A stretch of 64,000 bases of DNA from assembly GCA_964535935.1 (NCBI GenBank), contig CAZHWM010000004.1, positions 47,569 to 111,568 of the forward strand, in the 5' to 3' direction. This DNA comes from an uncultured Planctomycetales bacterium. GTDB taxonomy: Bacteria; Omnitrophota; Gorgyraeia; Zapsychrales; Zapsychraceae. Shown in pieces: positions 29,561 through 39,551 of the stretch. Within the stretch, counting starts at the first letter, position 1, and each line of letters opens with the position of its first letter. A model generated the notes under the pieces. It worked only from the letters and a program-made list of their open reading frames with translations, was not told where the DNA came from and searched no databases. Both the position numbers and the translations under genes were made by a program.

Positions 29561-31309
29561 ATGGCCCGTCTTAGATTAGGTGAGATTTTAGTAAAACAAG
29601 GTCTCATTACAGAAGAACAATTACAGAAAGCTATTGAGACGCAGAAAGTAGAGAAGGGACGTATTGGTGAGATTTTAATAAAGTTAGGTATGATTGATGA
29701 GGAGGGTATGACCGCTGCATTGGGGGCGCAGTTAGGGATTCCTTATTATACCTCTAATAATCCGGATCTATTGAAGCCACAGGATGATCAAGAATTAGAA
29801 AAATTAGTGCCCGCGGACTTTGCCCATAAAAATTGTGTCTTGCCACTTTCAAAACATATGAATTCTTTGACTTGTGCGGTATATGATCCCTTGGATTTAC
29901 TTTTGTTAGATAATTTGCGTCGTATTACAGGTTGTACAATTAATTTGGTTATTGCTCCGCGTTCTGTTTTGCAGAAGGCTATTACGAATTTTTACTATAA
30001 GAGTTCCTCCGGAGAAGGCAAGAGTTCCATGCTTGATCAAGAGGTGGAGAAGTCGTATAGCCATGAGGGAGAGGATGGTCTTATAGCGACGGCAAATTAT
30101 AGCCCGGTGGAAGATACGTCTTCAGATCTTAGTTTGGATAGAATAATAGAAAAGGCAGAACAGGCACCAGTTATTAAATTGGTGGACTTGATTATTCGTC
30201 AGGCTATAGATGAGAGGGCTAGTGATATTCATATAGAACCGTTTGAGAAAAAGATAAGTTTACGTTATAGAATAGACGGTAGGTTATATAATATTCCTCC
30301 TCCTGCTCCACATTTCCATTTACCCATAGTATCAAGGATTAAGATTTTGGCCAAATTAGATATAGCAGAAAAACGGCTCCCACAGGATGGTGCTATAACA
30401 GCTAAGTTAGAGGATAGAACTGTAGATATACGTATATCTACTATTCCTACAGTATGGGGAGAAAAGGTTGTTATGCGTATTCTTGATAAAAGTGCTACAC
30501 CGCTTGAATTATCTTCTTTGGGTTTTGATGTAAAACAAGTGGACCTTATAAAAAAGGCTCTTAAAAGTTCATATGGTTTATTTTTTGTAACAGGACCTAC
30601 GGGTAGTGGTAAGTCTACAACTCTATATTCTTCTTTAAAAGAGACTTTTGACCCACATAAAAATATCATGACAGTTGAAGATCCTGTGGAATATAAGATG
30701 GATGGGATAAATCAGGTAGCAGTCCGTTCAGAAATAGGCTTAACATTTGCAACTGCATTACGTTCATTTTTACGTCAAGACCCTGATATTATAATGGTGG
30801 GGGAGGTTAGAGATCTTGAGACCGCTTCTATATGCGTAAGAGCAGCACTTACTGGACATTTTGTATTAAGCACCCTTCATACTAATGATGCTGCCTCTGC
30901 TATAACACGTTTGATAGATATAGGAATACCGCATTATTTATTAACACCTTCATTGACCATGGTTGTAGGCCAGCGGTTAGCAAGAAAACTTTGTCCTAAG
31001 TGTAAAGAACCTTACGAGCCATCGGCAGAGAATCAGAGTGATATAAAATTTAAAAGTGATTTAATATATAAGGCTAAAGGATGTGAGCAGTGTAATAATA
31101 CCGGCTATAAAGGCCGTATTGTTATAGCAGAGGTGTTGCCTGTGGATGATGAAATTCGTGCTCTTATTACAAAGGGTGCTAGTAGTAATGAGATAAATGA
31201 TGCAGCGCGAAGGAAAGGTATGACCACTATATTTGAGTCGGGAATAAGGCTTGTTGAACAAGGTATATCAAGTTATGATGAAATATGTAGGGTGAGTATA
31301 AGTAGTTAG
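29561..31309 (+). CDS. Type IV pilus / type II secretion assembly ATPase (PilB/GspE family)
   Basis: 582 aa; N-terminal GSPII_E_N-like domain (GEILVKQGLITEEQL), Walker A GPTGSGKSTT, Asp box, His box, tetracysteine motif. Confidence 0.9.
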   Translation: MARLRLGEILVKQGLITEEQLQKAIETQKVEKGRIGEILIKLGMIDEEGMTAALGAQLGIPYYTSNNPDLLKPQDDQELEKLVPADFAHKNCVLPLSKHMNSLTCAVYDPLDLLLLDNLRRITGCTINLVIAPRSVLQKAITNFYYKSSSGEGKSSMLDQEVEKSYSHEGEDGLIATANYSPVEDTSSDLSLDRIIEKAEQAPVIKLVDLIIRQAIDERASDIHIEPFEKKISLRYRIDGRLYNIPPPAPHFHLPIVSRIKILAKLDIAEKRLPQDGAITAKLEDRTVDIRISTIPTVWGEKVVMRILDKSATPLELSSLGFDVKQVDLIKKALKSSYGLFFVTGPTGSGKSTTLYSSLKETFDPHKNIMTVEDPVEYKMDGINQVAVRSEIGLTFATALRSFLRQDPDIIMVGEVRDLETASICVRAALTGHFVLSTLHTNDAASAITRLIDIGIPHYLLTPSLTMVVGQRLARKLCPKCKEPYEPSAENQSDIKFKSDLIYKAKGCEQCNNTGYKGRIVIAEVLPVDDEIRALITKGASSNEINDAARRKGMTTIFESGIRLVEQGISSYDEICRVSISS

Positions 31310-31341
31310 TTTTTTATATTTGTCTTTAGGAGAATTGTCTT

Positions 31342-32571
31342 ATGCCTAAATTTGTTTATATAGTAAAGAATAAGGAAGGGAAGAGTTTTAAGAATGTAAT
31401 TGAGGTAGAAAATAAAAAGATTTTGATTTCTAGGTTACAGAAACAGGGCTATTTTATTGTAAGTATTAAAGAATTATCAGATAAAAGAATCTCACGTAAA
31501 AGAAGAAAGAGATCAACTAAAAGAAAATTTTCTCATAACGGGGTCAAATTAGATGATTTATTGACGTTTTCAAGACAACTGGCCACAATGTTAAATGCGG
31601 GGGTAACCTTGGTTAGGGCATTAGATGTTGTTTTATCACAGGCACAGAGTAAGAGGTTTTATGAGATCTTGACAAAGGTAAAAGAGGATGTAGAGCAAGG
31701 GAAACCTTTAAGTAGGGCATTAAGTCGTTATCCTGATGTATTTAGCCAATTCTGGTGTAGTCTTATAGAGGTAGGAGAGGCATCTGGAACATGTCCTAAT
31801 GTGTTGGAGAAATTAGCTTTTTACTTAGAGCAACAAGCGGCATTTAAATCTGCTATTATTTCAGGTATTTTGTATCCTGCTATTTTGTGCTTTGTAGCAG
31901 TTACAGTTATTGTAATATTCGCATTTTTTATAGCCCCAAAATTTCAACAGATATACAATAGTATGCATGCGAGTTTGCCTGTATTTACAAGGATTATTTT
32001 AAATGTATTTGATTTCTTGAAGGCCAAATTTTTATATATAATAGGTTTTCTATGGATTTTGGGTATAGCGTTCAAACAATACATTAAGACTTATAATGGA
32101 AGGCTTCAATTTGAAAACTTTATTTACTCATTACCGAAGATTGGAGAAATATATAAATTGATAGTCGTAGAACGTTTTTGTTCTCAGATGTCTATTTTAG
32201 TTGAATCAGGCGTTCCTATCTTGCAGGCATTGGATATTACTGAAAGATTGGTATCTAATCAAACATGTGCACTTATTGTAAATGATATAAAAGAAGGTGT
32301 TAAGGCAGGCGAACTTATTGTAGCTCCTATGGGACGAAGTGGGTTTTTCCCCCCGATGGTAATTCAGATGATAATGGTAGGAGAAGAAACAGGTGAACTC
32401 AGTCAGATGTTAAAACATGTCGCAGATTTTTATCAAAATAATGTCAAGACATTTATGGAAAGATTTTCGACCGTTATTGAGCCTATTATGATTATATTTA
32501 TGGGGCTTGTTATTGGTATGTTAGTGATGGCAATGTTTTTACCATTATTTAATATTACTCAGATGGCATAG
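31342..32571 (+). CDS. Type IV pilus inner-membrane platform protein (PilC/GspF family)
   Basis: 409 aa, two GspF-type repeats, three TM segments. Confidence 0.85.
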   Translation: MPKFVYIVKNKEGKSFKNVIEVENKKILISRLQKQGYFIVSIKELSDKRISRKRRKRSTKRKFSHNGVKLDDLLTFSRQLATMLNAGVTLVRALDVVLSQAQSKRFYEILTKVKEDVEQGKPLSRALSRYPDVFSQFWCSLIEVGEASGTCPNVLEKLAFYLEQQAAFKSAIISGILYPAILCFVAVTVIVIFAFFIAPKFQQIYNSMHASLPVFTRIILNVFDFLKAKFLYIIGFLWILGIAFKQYIKTYNGRLQFENFIYSLPKIGEIYKLIVVERFCSQMSILVESGVPILQALDITERLVSNQTCALIVNDIKEGVKAGELIVAPMGRSGFFPPMVIQMIMVGEETGELSQMLKHVADFYQNNVKTFMERFSTVIEPIMIIFMGLVIGMLVMAMFLPLFNITQMA

Positions 32572-32698
32572 AGAATAAATTTAATTTTATCTTTTGATTT
32601 TTCCCCATTTAGTATATACTATCTTCGACGTAATTATATACATATTTGCGGATTTTTTAGGTTAAGATAAAGAAAGGGAAAAATAAAAGAATTCTTTT

Positions 32699-32727
32699 TT
32701 GACACCAGCAGATAAATATCTTATACT
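32699..32727 (+). promoter_or_regulatory. sigma70-type promoter candidate for the major pilin gene (TTGACA, 17 nt, TATACT)
   Basis: -35 TTGACA at 32699-32704, 17-nt spacer, -10 TATACT at 32722-32727, ~100 bp upstream of the pilin ATG. Confidence 0.4.
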
Positions 32728-32825
32728 TTTAATAGCATTTAGTAGCAAAAGGAGAAAGTGGGGAAAAGAGAGTAATATATAAGGGATAATAAAAATCAAA
32801 TTTAATAAAGAAAGGAGAAGGTAAA

Positions 32826-33239
32826 ATGAATCTTAAGAGCAGAAAAGGCTTCACGTTATTGGAACTTATGATCGTACTAATTATTATTGGTGTATTAGCC
32901 AGTCTTGCTCTTCCACGTATGTTTGGTATGGTTGAAAAGTCCCGTGGTAACGAGGCTATGAGTTTTATTAGAGAGATAAGAAATTCTCTTGAAAGATGTT
33001 ATACAGAAAAGGCAGGGACATATGTTGATTGTGATAATTTTTCTAATTTAGATGTGGACCTTTCTGCACCCAATCAGCATTTTACATATACAATAACAGG
33101 TGTTAGTACCACAGGATATACAATTACGGCAACAAGAAATACTTTAGACGGTGGAGATGGTACAAGTACTATAACTGTTACTCAAGACTCCAGCGGTTAT
33201 ACGAGGACAGGGACAGGTCCATGGTCAAGCTGGCATTAA
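32826..33239 (+). CDS. Type IV (pseudo)pilin, major pilin candidate
   Basis: Class III signal peptide MNLKSRKG|FTLLELMIVLIIIG with Glu+5; 137 aa. Confidence 0.85.
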   Translation: MNLKSRKGFTLLELMIVLIIIGVLASLALPRMFGMVEKSRGNEAMSFIREIRNSLERCYTEKAGTYVDCDNFSNLDVDLSAPNQHFTYTITGVSTTGYTITATRNTLDGGDGTSTITVTQDSSGYTRTGTGPWSSWH

Positions 33240-33350
33240 TAAATATAATTTATATGATATGAATGTTGGACTGGTGGTGTAATTATTATGTAACAAAAAG
33301 ATAAGGTAACAGAAGGCATCGAAGCTCTGATATAGGGGTAAAGGGTTTCG

Positions 33351-33758
33351 ATGTTTCTGTTTATGATTGGTTTTATGGATAAAGAAACAATTGGAGTAAC
33401 TTTGTTTGAATTACTCCTTGTAATTATAATTATAGGTGTAATCGCTGCCCTTGCGTTTCCTCGTTTCTTTTATGTTATAGAAAAGTCCCATGCCTCTGAG
33501 GGAGTGGAGGTCCTTAGGTCGTTGTTAGCAGCACAGAGGTTATATGCCTTTGACAATAATGGTAATTATGCGAGTTCTTTAAATTCTTTAGATGTGACTA
33601 TCCCTTCTTTATCTTATTTTAATCAGCCTAATGTATTTAACAATGCAGCTGCTGTAGCTACTATTCAACGTAATACAGGTGCATATACCTTATCTATTAA
33701 CAGTAATGGAGATATTTCATGTGACGTCCCCAGTATTTGTAGTAAGTTAGGTTTTTAG
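33351..33758 (+). CDS. Prepilin-type pseudopilin
   Basis: …ETIG|VTLFELLLVIIIIGVIAALA prepilin N-terminus; the start could be the internal ATG at 33375. Confidence 0.7.
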   Translation: MFLFMIGFMDKETIGVTLFELLLVIIIIGVIAALAFPRFFYVIEKSHASEGVEVLRSLLAAQRLYAFDNNGNYASSLNSLDVTIPSLSYFNQPNVFNNAAAVATIQRNTGAYTLSINSNGDISCDVPSICSKLGF

Positions 33759-33794
33759 TCTAGGTAAATATTATATTTAGTTCCTTAAGAAACT

Positions 33795-34148
33795 ATGTTA
33801 AAGGTACTTAAAGAAGATGGACAGTCTATGGTAGAGGTAATTGTAACTGCTATTATCTTTATTATAGCTACAGTAGGTATTATGTCTACCTTACCTGTGT
33901 TAGCCCCTAAGGGCAGGGAGGTTGATAAAAGAATAACGGCTGCATATATAGGAAAAAGTGTTATAGAGTCGTTAAGGAATAGTATAGATCCAACGACATG
34001 GGATGACTCTACTGGTCCTTTGGCCACAGGAGTGCTACATACTATTTTAAAAGGTAGTAATAATGAATATGTAGTAAATTATTATTTAGTAGATCTCCCT
34101 GGAACAAACGTTAGACAGATTTTTATGAATATTTATTATCCAGACTAG
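33795..34148 (+). CDS. Prepilin-type minor pseudopilin
   Basis: …EDG|QSMVEVIVTAIIFII with Glu+5; 117 aa. Confidence 0.6.
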   Translation: MLKVLKEDGQSMVEVIVTAIIFIIATVGIMSTLPVLAPKGREVDKRITAAYIGKSVIESLRNSIDPTTWDDSTGPLATGVLHTILKGSNNEYVVNYYLVDLPGTNVRQIFMNIYYPD

Positions 34149-34150
34149 TT

Positions 34151-34741
34151 ATGAGCAAATATATTGAGGGGCTGACTTTAACAGAATTATTGGTTTCTAC
34201 TATCCTTATAGGCATTGTAATGTTAGGGGTTGTTGGGTTTAGTTTGTCTATAAAACAATTTCAGGATTCTGCAAGTAGAACTACTACTTTGCGTATGCGA
34301 CTTGCTTCTGCGATGGATCTCCTTGTCGAGGATGCCAAATTAGCTGTAGGAGATACTATAAATCCAGGGATAGCTGTATATCAGAATTCGACTGATCAAT
34401 CTATTTGTTTTAGACATGATGTAAACGATCCGTCATCATATGCTGATGATATTTGGATATGTTATTATCATGGTACAACTTATTCGCTATACAGGTATGT
34501 AGGCACATCATCAGCTAATGTGCCTTGTTCATCAGCATCTACATGTTCGGTTGGAACTACTTCTATAGAACATGTTATTGATCTGGTGCATGAAGGCGAC
34601 GGAGAATTTTTTCAGTTTTTAAGTGACGGTAGTATTGAGTTTACTATTAAGACTTCTTATGAGCCCAGCAAATTATCACATCCTATAGATAATCCGGAAT
34701 ATAGTCTCACTACTAGAGTAATGCCGTTGGCTCATAGTTGA
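34151..34741 (+). CDS. Prepilin-type minor pseudopilin (PilW/FimT-like size)
   Basis: MSKYIEG|LTLTELLVSTILIGIV prepilin N-terminus; 196 aa. Confidence 0.65.
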   Translation: MSKYIEGLTLTELLVSTILIGIVMLGVVGFSLSIKQFQDSASRTTTLRMRLASAMDLLVEDAKLAVGDTINPGIAVYQNSTDQSICFRHDVNDPSSYADDIWICYYHGTTYSLYRYVGTSSANVPCSSASTCSVGTTSIEHVIDLVHEGDGEFFQFLSDGSIEFTIKTSYEPSKLSHPIDNPEYSLTTRVMPLAHS

Positions 34742-34762
34742 ACTTATTCTTCTATTATTTTT

Positions 34763-34835
34763 GGGTCGGTAGCTCAATTGGGAGAGCGCTTGGTTCGCAA
34801 TCAAGAGGTTGGGGGTTCGATTCCCCTCCGATCCA
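34763..34835 (+). tRNA. tRNA-Ala (anticodon CGC)
   Basis: Hand-folded cloverleaf: 7-bp acceptor stem with G3:U70, D-stem GCTC/GAGC, anticodon loop TTCGCAA, T-arm GGGGG TTCGATT CCCCT, discriminator A73, no encoded CCA. Confidence 0.8.
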
Positions 34836-34942
34836 TAAAATATATATAAGGATATAGATGTTTTAGATGTAATAAATAAAAGTTTGTTTTTTTTCGTATA
34901 AAGAGGTATAATAGTACCTGTTTACTTAAAAAGAGATTTACT

Positions 34943-35374
34943 ATGAATAATTTACTTAGAATATCAGAAGCAACCTTATTGGCCCTTCATGGAATGGTCT
35001 ATCTTGTCCATCGCGCAGATAGAGATATTGTCTCTATAAAGGATATGGCCGTGGCATTAAATGTATCAGAGAATCATTTGTCTAAAGTATTTCAGCGTAT
35101 GAGTAAGGTGGGATTAGTTAGATCTGTTAGAGGACCTCATGGAGGGTTCCTACTTGCTATGCCTCCAACACGGATAAGACTATTTGATATATTTACTGCA
35201 ATAGAAGGAGAGTTTAAAATAGAAGAATGTCTTTTGCCAAAAAGAATATGCCGAAAGAATATGTGTATATTAGGTCAGCTTATAGGTAATATTAATAAAG
35301 AAGTCCTTCACTATTTAAAGGTAAAAAAACTATCCGATTTTAAGGGTATTTATAAAAGGGATAAGACATTATAA
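34943..35374 (+). CDS. Rrf2 family transcriptional regulator (NsrR/IscR-like)
   Basis: 143 aa; N-terminal Rrf2 HTH (…ALHGMVYL…IKDMAVALNVSENHLSKVFQRM…); three C-terminal Cys that could ligate an Fe-S cluster; upstream of hcp. Confidence 0.8.
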   Translation: MNNLLRISEATLLALHGMVYLVHRADRDIVSIKDMAVALNVSENHLSKVFQRMSKVGLVRSVRGPHGGFLLAMPPTRIRLFDIFTAIEGEFKIEECLLPKRICRKNMCILGQLIGNINKEVLHYLKVKKLSDFKGIYKRDKTL

Positions 35375-35451
35375 TGAAAAGAGGATAAACAGAAGATAAT
35401 AAAGATAATATAAATGGAAGTCACAATAGTTTAGGAACATTAGGAGAGATT

Positions 35452-36018
35452 ATGAAACAGGAAAATTTATATGATAAAAAATTAAAGGATATGCTTGTCA
35501 GTGAGATGCAGAGGATATTTGGTGAGGATATTCGGCGTATCAATCATGCTATGAATGTGTTGAGTTATGCGTTGAAAATATTAGCTAAGGAAGGAGGTAA
35601 TGGCAACGTGGTTGTGGCTTCTGCTATCCTTCATGATATAGGTATTCATGAGGCAGAGAGGAAATACGGGGACTGTAGTGGTGTATATCAGGAAATAGAA
35701 GGGCCGTTGATAGCAGGACCTATTCTTAAAAGAACAATGATGTTAGATGATGATATTAAGCATATACTTAAAATTATAGCAAATCATCATTCTGCCAGAG
35801 ATATTGATACTTTAGAGTTTCGTATTTTATGGGATGCAGACTGGCTTGTTAATTTTTATGATTTATTGCCTGCGTTTAAGGGGAATAAGGAGTTACTAGA
35901 AGAGAAAATAAACCACATTTTTAAGACAGTGACTGGTAGAACTATTGCCAAGACAGAGTTTATTATTAATAATAAATTAATTAAAAAAGGAGGAAATGAT
36001 GTTTTGTTTTCAATGTGA
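35452..36018 (+). CDS. HD-domain phosphohydrolase
   Basis: 188 aa; H…HD…HH…D metal-binding pattern (INHAMNV…LHDIGIHE…ANHH…DAD). Confidence 0.7.
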   Translation: MKQENLYDKKLKDMLVSEMQRIFGEDIRRINHAMNVLSYALKILAKEGGNGNVVVASAILHDIGIHEAERKYGDCSGVYQEIEGPLIAGPILKRTMMLDDDIKHILKIIANHHSARDIDTLEFRILWDADWLVNFYDLLPAFKGNKELLEEKINHIFKTVTGRTIAKTEFIINNKLIKKGGNDVLFSM

Positions 36019-37606
36019 AGAGACTGCAAAAGGAAGTGGATGTACGATTAGGGGCGTATGTGGGAAAGAATCAGCTACAGCAGCCTTGCAGGATTTATTA
36101 GTAGAGGTATGTAAGGGCATCGCTCAATATGTAGTGCGTTCGGGTAGACGAGATACTGAAGTAGATAGGTTTATTTTTCGTGCTTTATTTTCTACTCTAA
36201 CAAATGTAAATTTTGATCCTGTTCGTTTTCAACAGTTTCTACAAGAGGCGATTCAGATGAGGGATCGGGTAAGAGATAATGGCCCTCTCCTTGAAGGAGC
36301 GGCCTCCATTGTTTTATCAGATTCCTTAGACGAATTAATAAAACAGGGAGAGCAGGTTGGTATAGAAAAACGTAAACAGGAATTAGGTGAGGATATAGCA
36401 GGTTTGTATGAGCTTATCATATATGGTCTTAAGGGTATTGCTGCATACGGATATCATGCGTCTATTTTGGGAAAGGAATCTGATGAGATATATACATTTG
36501 TACACGATACATTAGCATTTTTGACAAGACCGGAGTTTAGCATAGATGAATTATTTGAATTAGCTATGAAGACAGGTGAGATTAATTTAAAGGTTATGGA
36601 GATACTTGATGAAGGGAATACTGAGGTTTATGGCCATCCTGAACCTACACAGGTAAGGGTTACTCCTAAGAAAGGAAAGGCTATTTTGGTATCAGGTCAT
36701 GATCTTAAGGATTTGGAAGAATTGTTAAAACAGACAGAGGGTAAAGGCATAAATGTATATACACATGGAGAGATGTTGCCATGTAATGCCTACCCCGGAC
36801 TTAAGAAATATCCGCATTTGGTCGGTAACTATGGTGGTGCATGGTGGCAGCAGGTGAATGAGTTTGACCGGTTTCCTGGGCCTATCGTTATGACAACAAA
36901 TTGTCTGCAGCAGCCACGCGATTCGTATAAAGAGCGTATTTTTACTACAGGTGTAGTTGGTTGGCCAGGGGTAAAACACATTGAGGGGTATGATTTTTCT
37001 CCTGTAATTGAGGCGGCACTTGCGGCAGATGGTTTTACTGAGGATATGGAAGAAAAATATATAACTATAGGTTTTGCCAGAAATACTGTTTTGGGAGTAG
37101 CAGATAAGGTTGTTGAGGCAGTTAAATCAGGGGCAATGAGGCACTTTTTCTTAGTGGGGGGGTGTGATGGTCGTAAAAAAGGAAGAGAGTATTATACAGA
37201 ATTTGTTAGACTCATCCCTGATGATTGTGTTGTTCTTACATTAGGATGTGCTAAATACAGAATTAACAATCTTCAATTAGGAGAAATAGGAGGCATTCCA
37301 AGATTGTTGGATTGCGGACAGTGTAATGATGCTTATTCTGCTATACAGATCGCTATTGCTCTGGCAAAGGCATTTGATACTGACATAAATAGTCTTCCTC
37401 TTTCGTTAAATGTGGCATGGTATGAACAGAAGGCCGTGGCTATATTGCTTACTTTGTTATATCTTGGGATCAAGAATATTAAATTAGGACCATCTTTACC
37501 AGCATTTATATCACCATCAATATTAGATGTACTTGTTGAGAGGTTTAATATTTCGGGGATTACTACACCAGAAGAAGATTTAAAACAGATGTTAGGGAAG
37601 ATTTAG
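35996..37606 (+). CDS. hcp: Hybrid cluster protein / hydroxylamine reductase
   Basis: 536 aa; N-terminal MFCFQCEET…C…C Cys cluster characteristic of Hcp; overlaps the HD gene by 23 nt. Confidence 0.9.
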   Translation: MMFCFQCEETAKGSGCTIRGVCGKESATAALQDLLVEVCKGIAQYVVRSGRRDTEVDRFIFRALFSTLTNVNFDPVRFQQFLQEAIQMRDRVRDNGPLLEGAASIVLSDSLDELIKQGEQVGIEKRKQELGEDIAGLYELIIYGLKGIAAYGYHASILGKESDEIYTFVHDTLAFLTRPEFSIDELFELAMKTGEINLKVMEILDEGNTEVYGHPEPTQVRVTPKKGKAILVSGHDLKDLEELLKQTEGKGINVYTHGEMLPCNAYPGLKKYPHLVGNYGGAWWQQVNEFDRFPGPIVMTTNCLQQPRDSYKERIFTTGVVGWPGVKHIEGYDFSPVIEAALAADGFTEDMEEKYITIGFARNTVLGVADKVVEAVKSGAMRHFFLVGGCDGRKKGREYYTEFVRLIPDDCVVLTLGCAKYRINNLQLGEIGGIPRLLDCGQCNDAYSAIQIAIALAKAFDTDINSLPLSLNVAWYEQKAVAILLTLLYLGIKNIKLGPSLPAFISPSILDVLVERFNISGITTPEEDLKQMLGKI

Positions 37607-37639
37607 TCGTAATGGAAAGGTTATAATAACGCTCCGTTT

Positions 37640-37671
37640 AAAAGGTGCGCCATTAAAATGGCGCACCTTTT
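37640..37671. terminator. Bidirectional rho-independent terminator
   Basis: AAAAGGTGCGCCATT…AATGGCGCACCTTTT: perfect GC-rich hairpin with A-run and T-run on either side, between convergent hcp (+) and the flavin reductase gene (-). Confidence 0.8.
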
Positions 37672-37723
37672 ATTATGGCAGTATTTTAAAATAATATGAT
37701 TAAAATTTATAAGAATACTATTA

Positions 37724-38263
37724 CTAAGAAATAGTTTTTGCATGTCTATATGTAGGGGCATTTTTTGGGGTTTTACCTTTTCTATTATGGTATTCTAGAT
37801 AAGTGAGGGGGGTGCCTTTACCAAGAGAGATAGTATCTATGATGTTTGCGATAAAAAGAGTATGGGTCCCTATATCTAATTTTTTTGTTACCTTTGCCTC
37901 GATTGCTGAGAGAGTATGTTCTGTAAGTATAGGACAACCTGTTGTCCCTATTTTAAATGAGATATTAACAAGTTTATTCACATCTCTTCCTGACTTGAAG
38001 CCGAAAGGGAGGATATAATTCATAGGAGCTGATTCTGATATAACAGATACAGCTAGGACCCCACTTTTTCCTATATATTCGTGTGTTAGATTATCTTTAT
38101 GTATCCCCACTGCAATCCGTTCTGGTTCAGCAGTAACTTGAAAGACAATATTCGCTAATTGGGCGTTTAATTTCCCGTTGAAACAGGAGGATATTATATA
38201 GACTCCATAGCTAAGTGTCTGTAATACATATTCGTTAATTTTAGTCATTTTTATCATTTTCAA
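37724..38263 (-). CDS. Flavin reductase-like (FMN-binding split-barrel) protein
   Basis: 179 aa; flavin reductase-like domain pattern; last gene of the minus-strand stress operon; the start may be the internal ATG at 38248. Confidence 0.6.
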   Translation of the reverse strand: MKMIKMTKINEYVLQTLSYGVYIISSCFNGKLNAQLANIVFQVTAEPERIAVGIHKDNLTHEYIGKSGVLAVSVISESAPMNYILPFGFKSGRDVNKLVNISFKIGTTGCPILTEHTLSAIEAKVTKKLDIGTHTLFIANIIDTISLGKGTPLTYLEYHNRKGKTPKNAPTYRHAKTIS

Positions 38264-39494
38264 TACATATTTTATTAAGCTGTGTGCCTATTGAACGCCC
38301 AAGTTGTTGGCAGGATAGAAGATCTTCATTTTTTGGAACATATTTTATTTTTATAGGTTCGCTGATAAGCTTTACTTCCATATCTTCCAATATTTGTTTT
38401 ATTTGACTTGTCGCCTCCCCACTCCAGCCATATGAACCAAATACAGCACCTATTAATTTTGTGGGATTTAATCCTTTTATATAAGTTAATAGGTCAGCAA
38501 CAGTTGGAAACATATTATTGTTTAGAGTAGGAGAGCCTACAATTAACGCTCCAGCCTTTAGTAATGCTGCAGCTATATCGCTTCTATGAGATGATTGCAG
38601 AGGATACAGTGCAGCGGTCGCACCTGTTAGCTCAATTCCCTCTGCAATAGCACGGGCCATAACATCTGTAGTTTGCCACATAGTGTCATATACGATAACA
38701 GCAGTCTTAGATATTGTTTTTTTCGATGCCCATGACGAGTACATATTTGATATCCATTCTATATCCTTTGAACTTCGGTATATAGGGCCGTGATCAGGAG
38801 CAATTATATCTATTTGTAGATTAATAGAATTTATTTTTTCTATAAGTTTTAAGATAAACTTGGAATAGGGCATGAGTATATTTGCATAATATTTACTTGC
38901 CTCTTCGCAGAGTATATATTTATCCATTTCATCTGCAAATCGTTTGCCAGAGGCAAGATGCATACCAAAGGCATCTTGCGAAAACAGAATTCGTTTTTCT
39001 TTTAGATAGGAAAACATACTGTCAGGCCAATGGAGCATGGGTGTATTTATAAAAGATAAATTAAGGTCTCCTCCTATATTAAGCTCTGATCCATCTTCAG
39101 CAGTTATTATGTCATTTAATCCATAGTGTGCATTAAGTGCTTTAACTCCCATCTTTGACGCAAACACTTTTTCTGGATTGACTTTGTCTATTATCCATTT
39201 AAGTGCACCTGTATGATCTGGTTCGGCGTGGTTCGAGATTATATAGCAAATATCTTTTGGATTTATGACAGAAGAGATCCTTGCAAGCATTTCATCTCTG
39301 AAAGGGAATTTTACTGTATCTATTAAAGTAACTTTTTCACCTATGATAAGATATGCATTGTAAGTTGTCCCGCGGCTTGTATTATATCCATGGAAGTTTC
39401 TTGTAGTCCAATCTATTGCTCCAACCCAGAACACATCGTTTGTAAGCCTGACAGCATTGAAGCTTGAGGTGGTAATGTCTGTTCTCTTTGTCAT
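38241..39494 (-). CDS. Flavodiiron protein (type A flavoprotein; rubredoxin:oxygen / NO reductase family)
   Basis: 417 aa; N-terminal metallo-beta-lactamase-like diiron domain (HAEPDHTG) plus C-terminal flavodoxin domain. Confidence 0.85.
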   Translation of the reverse strand: MTKRTDITTSSFNAVRLTNDVFWVGAIDWTTRNFHGYNTSRGTTYNAYLIIGEKVTLIDTVKFPFRDEMLARISSVINPKDICYIISNHAEPDHTGALKWIIDKVNPEKVFASKMGVKALNAHYGLNDIITAEDGSELNIGGDLNLSFINTPMLHWPDSMFSYLKEKRILFSQDAFGMHLASGKRFADEMDKYILCEEASKYYANILMPYSKFILKLIEKINSINLQIDIIAPDHGPIYRSSKDIEWISNMYSSWASKKTISKTAVIVYDTMWQTTDVMARAIAEGIELTGATAALYPLQSSHRSDIAAALLKAGALIVGSPTLNNNMFPTVADLLTYIKGLNPTKLIGAVFGSYGWSGEATSQIKQILEDMEVKLISEPIKIKYVPKNEDLLSCQQLGRSIGTQLNKICIENDKND

Positions 39495-39551
39495 ATTTTT
39501 TCTCCCTTTAGGGAAAAGATGATAGTATCTTTTTAGTCGTATAGTTTTATT

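Noticed and set aside
32572-32825. Looked for a sigma54 (GG-N10-GC) promoter upstream of the major pilin gene
   Set aside because: No TGGCAC-N5-TTGC-like element was found. A near-consensus sigma70 promoter is present instead, and no rpoN or PilR-type enhancer-binding gene is in the window.
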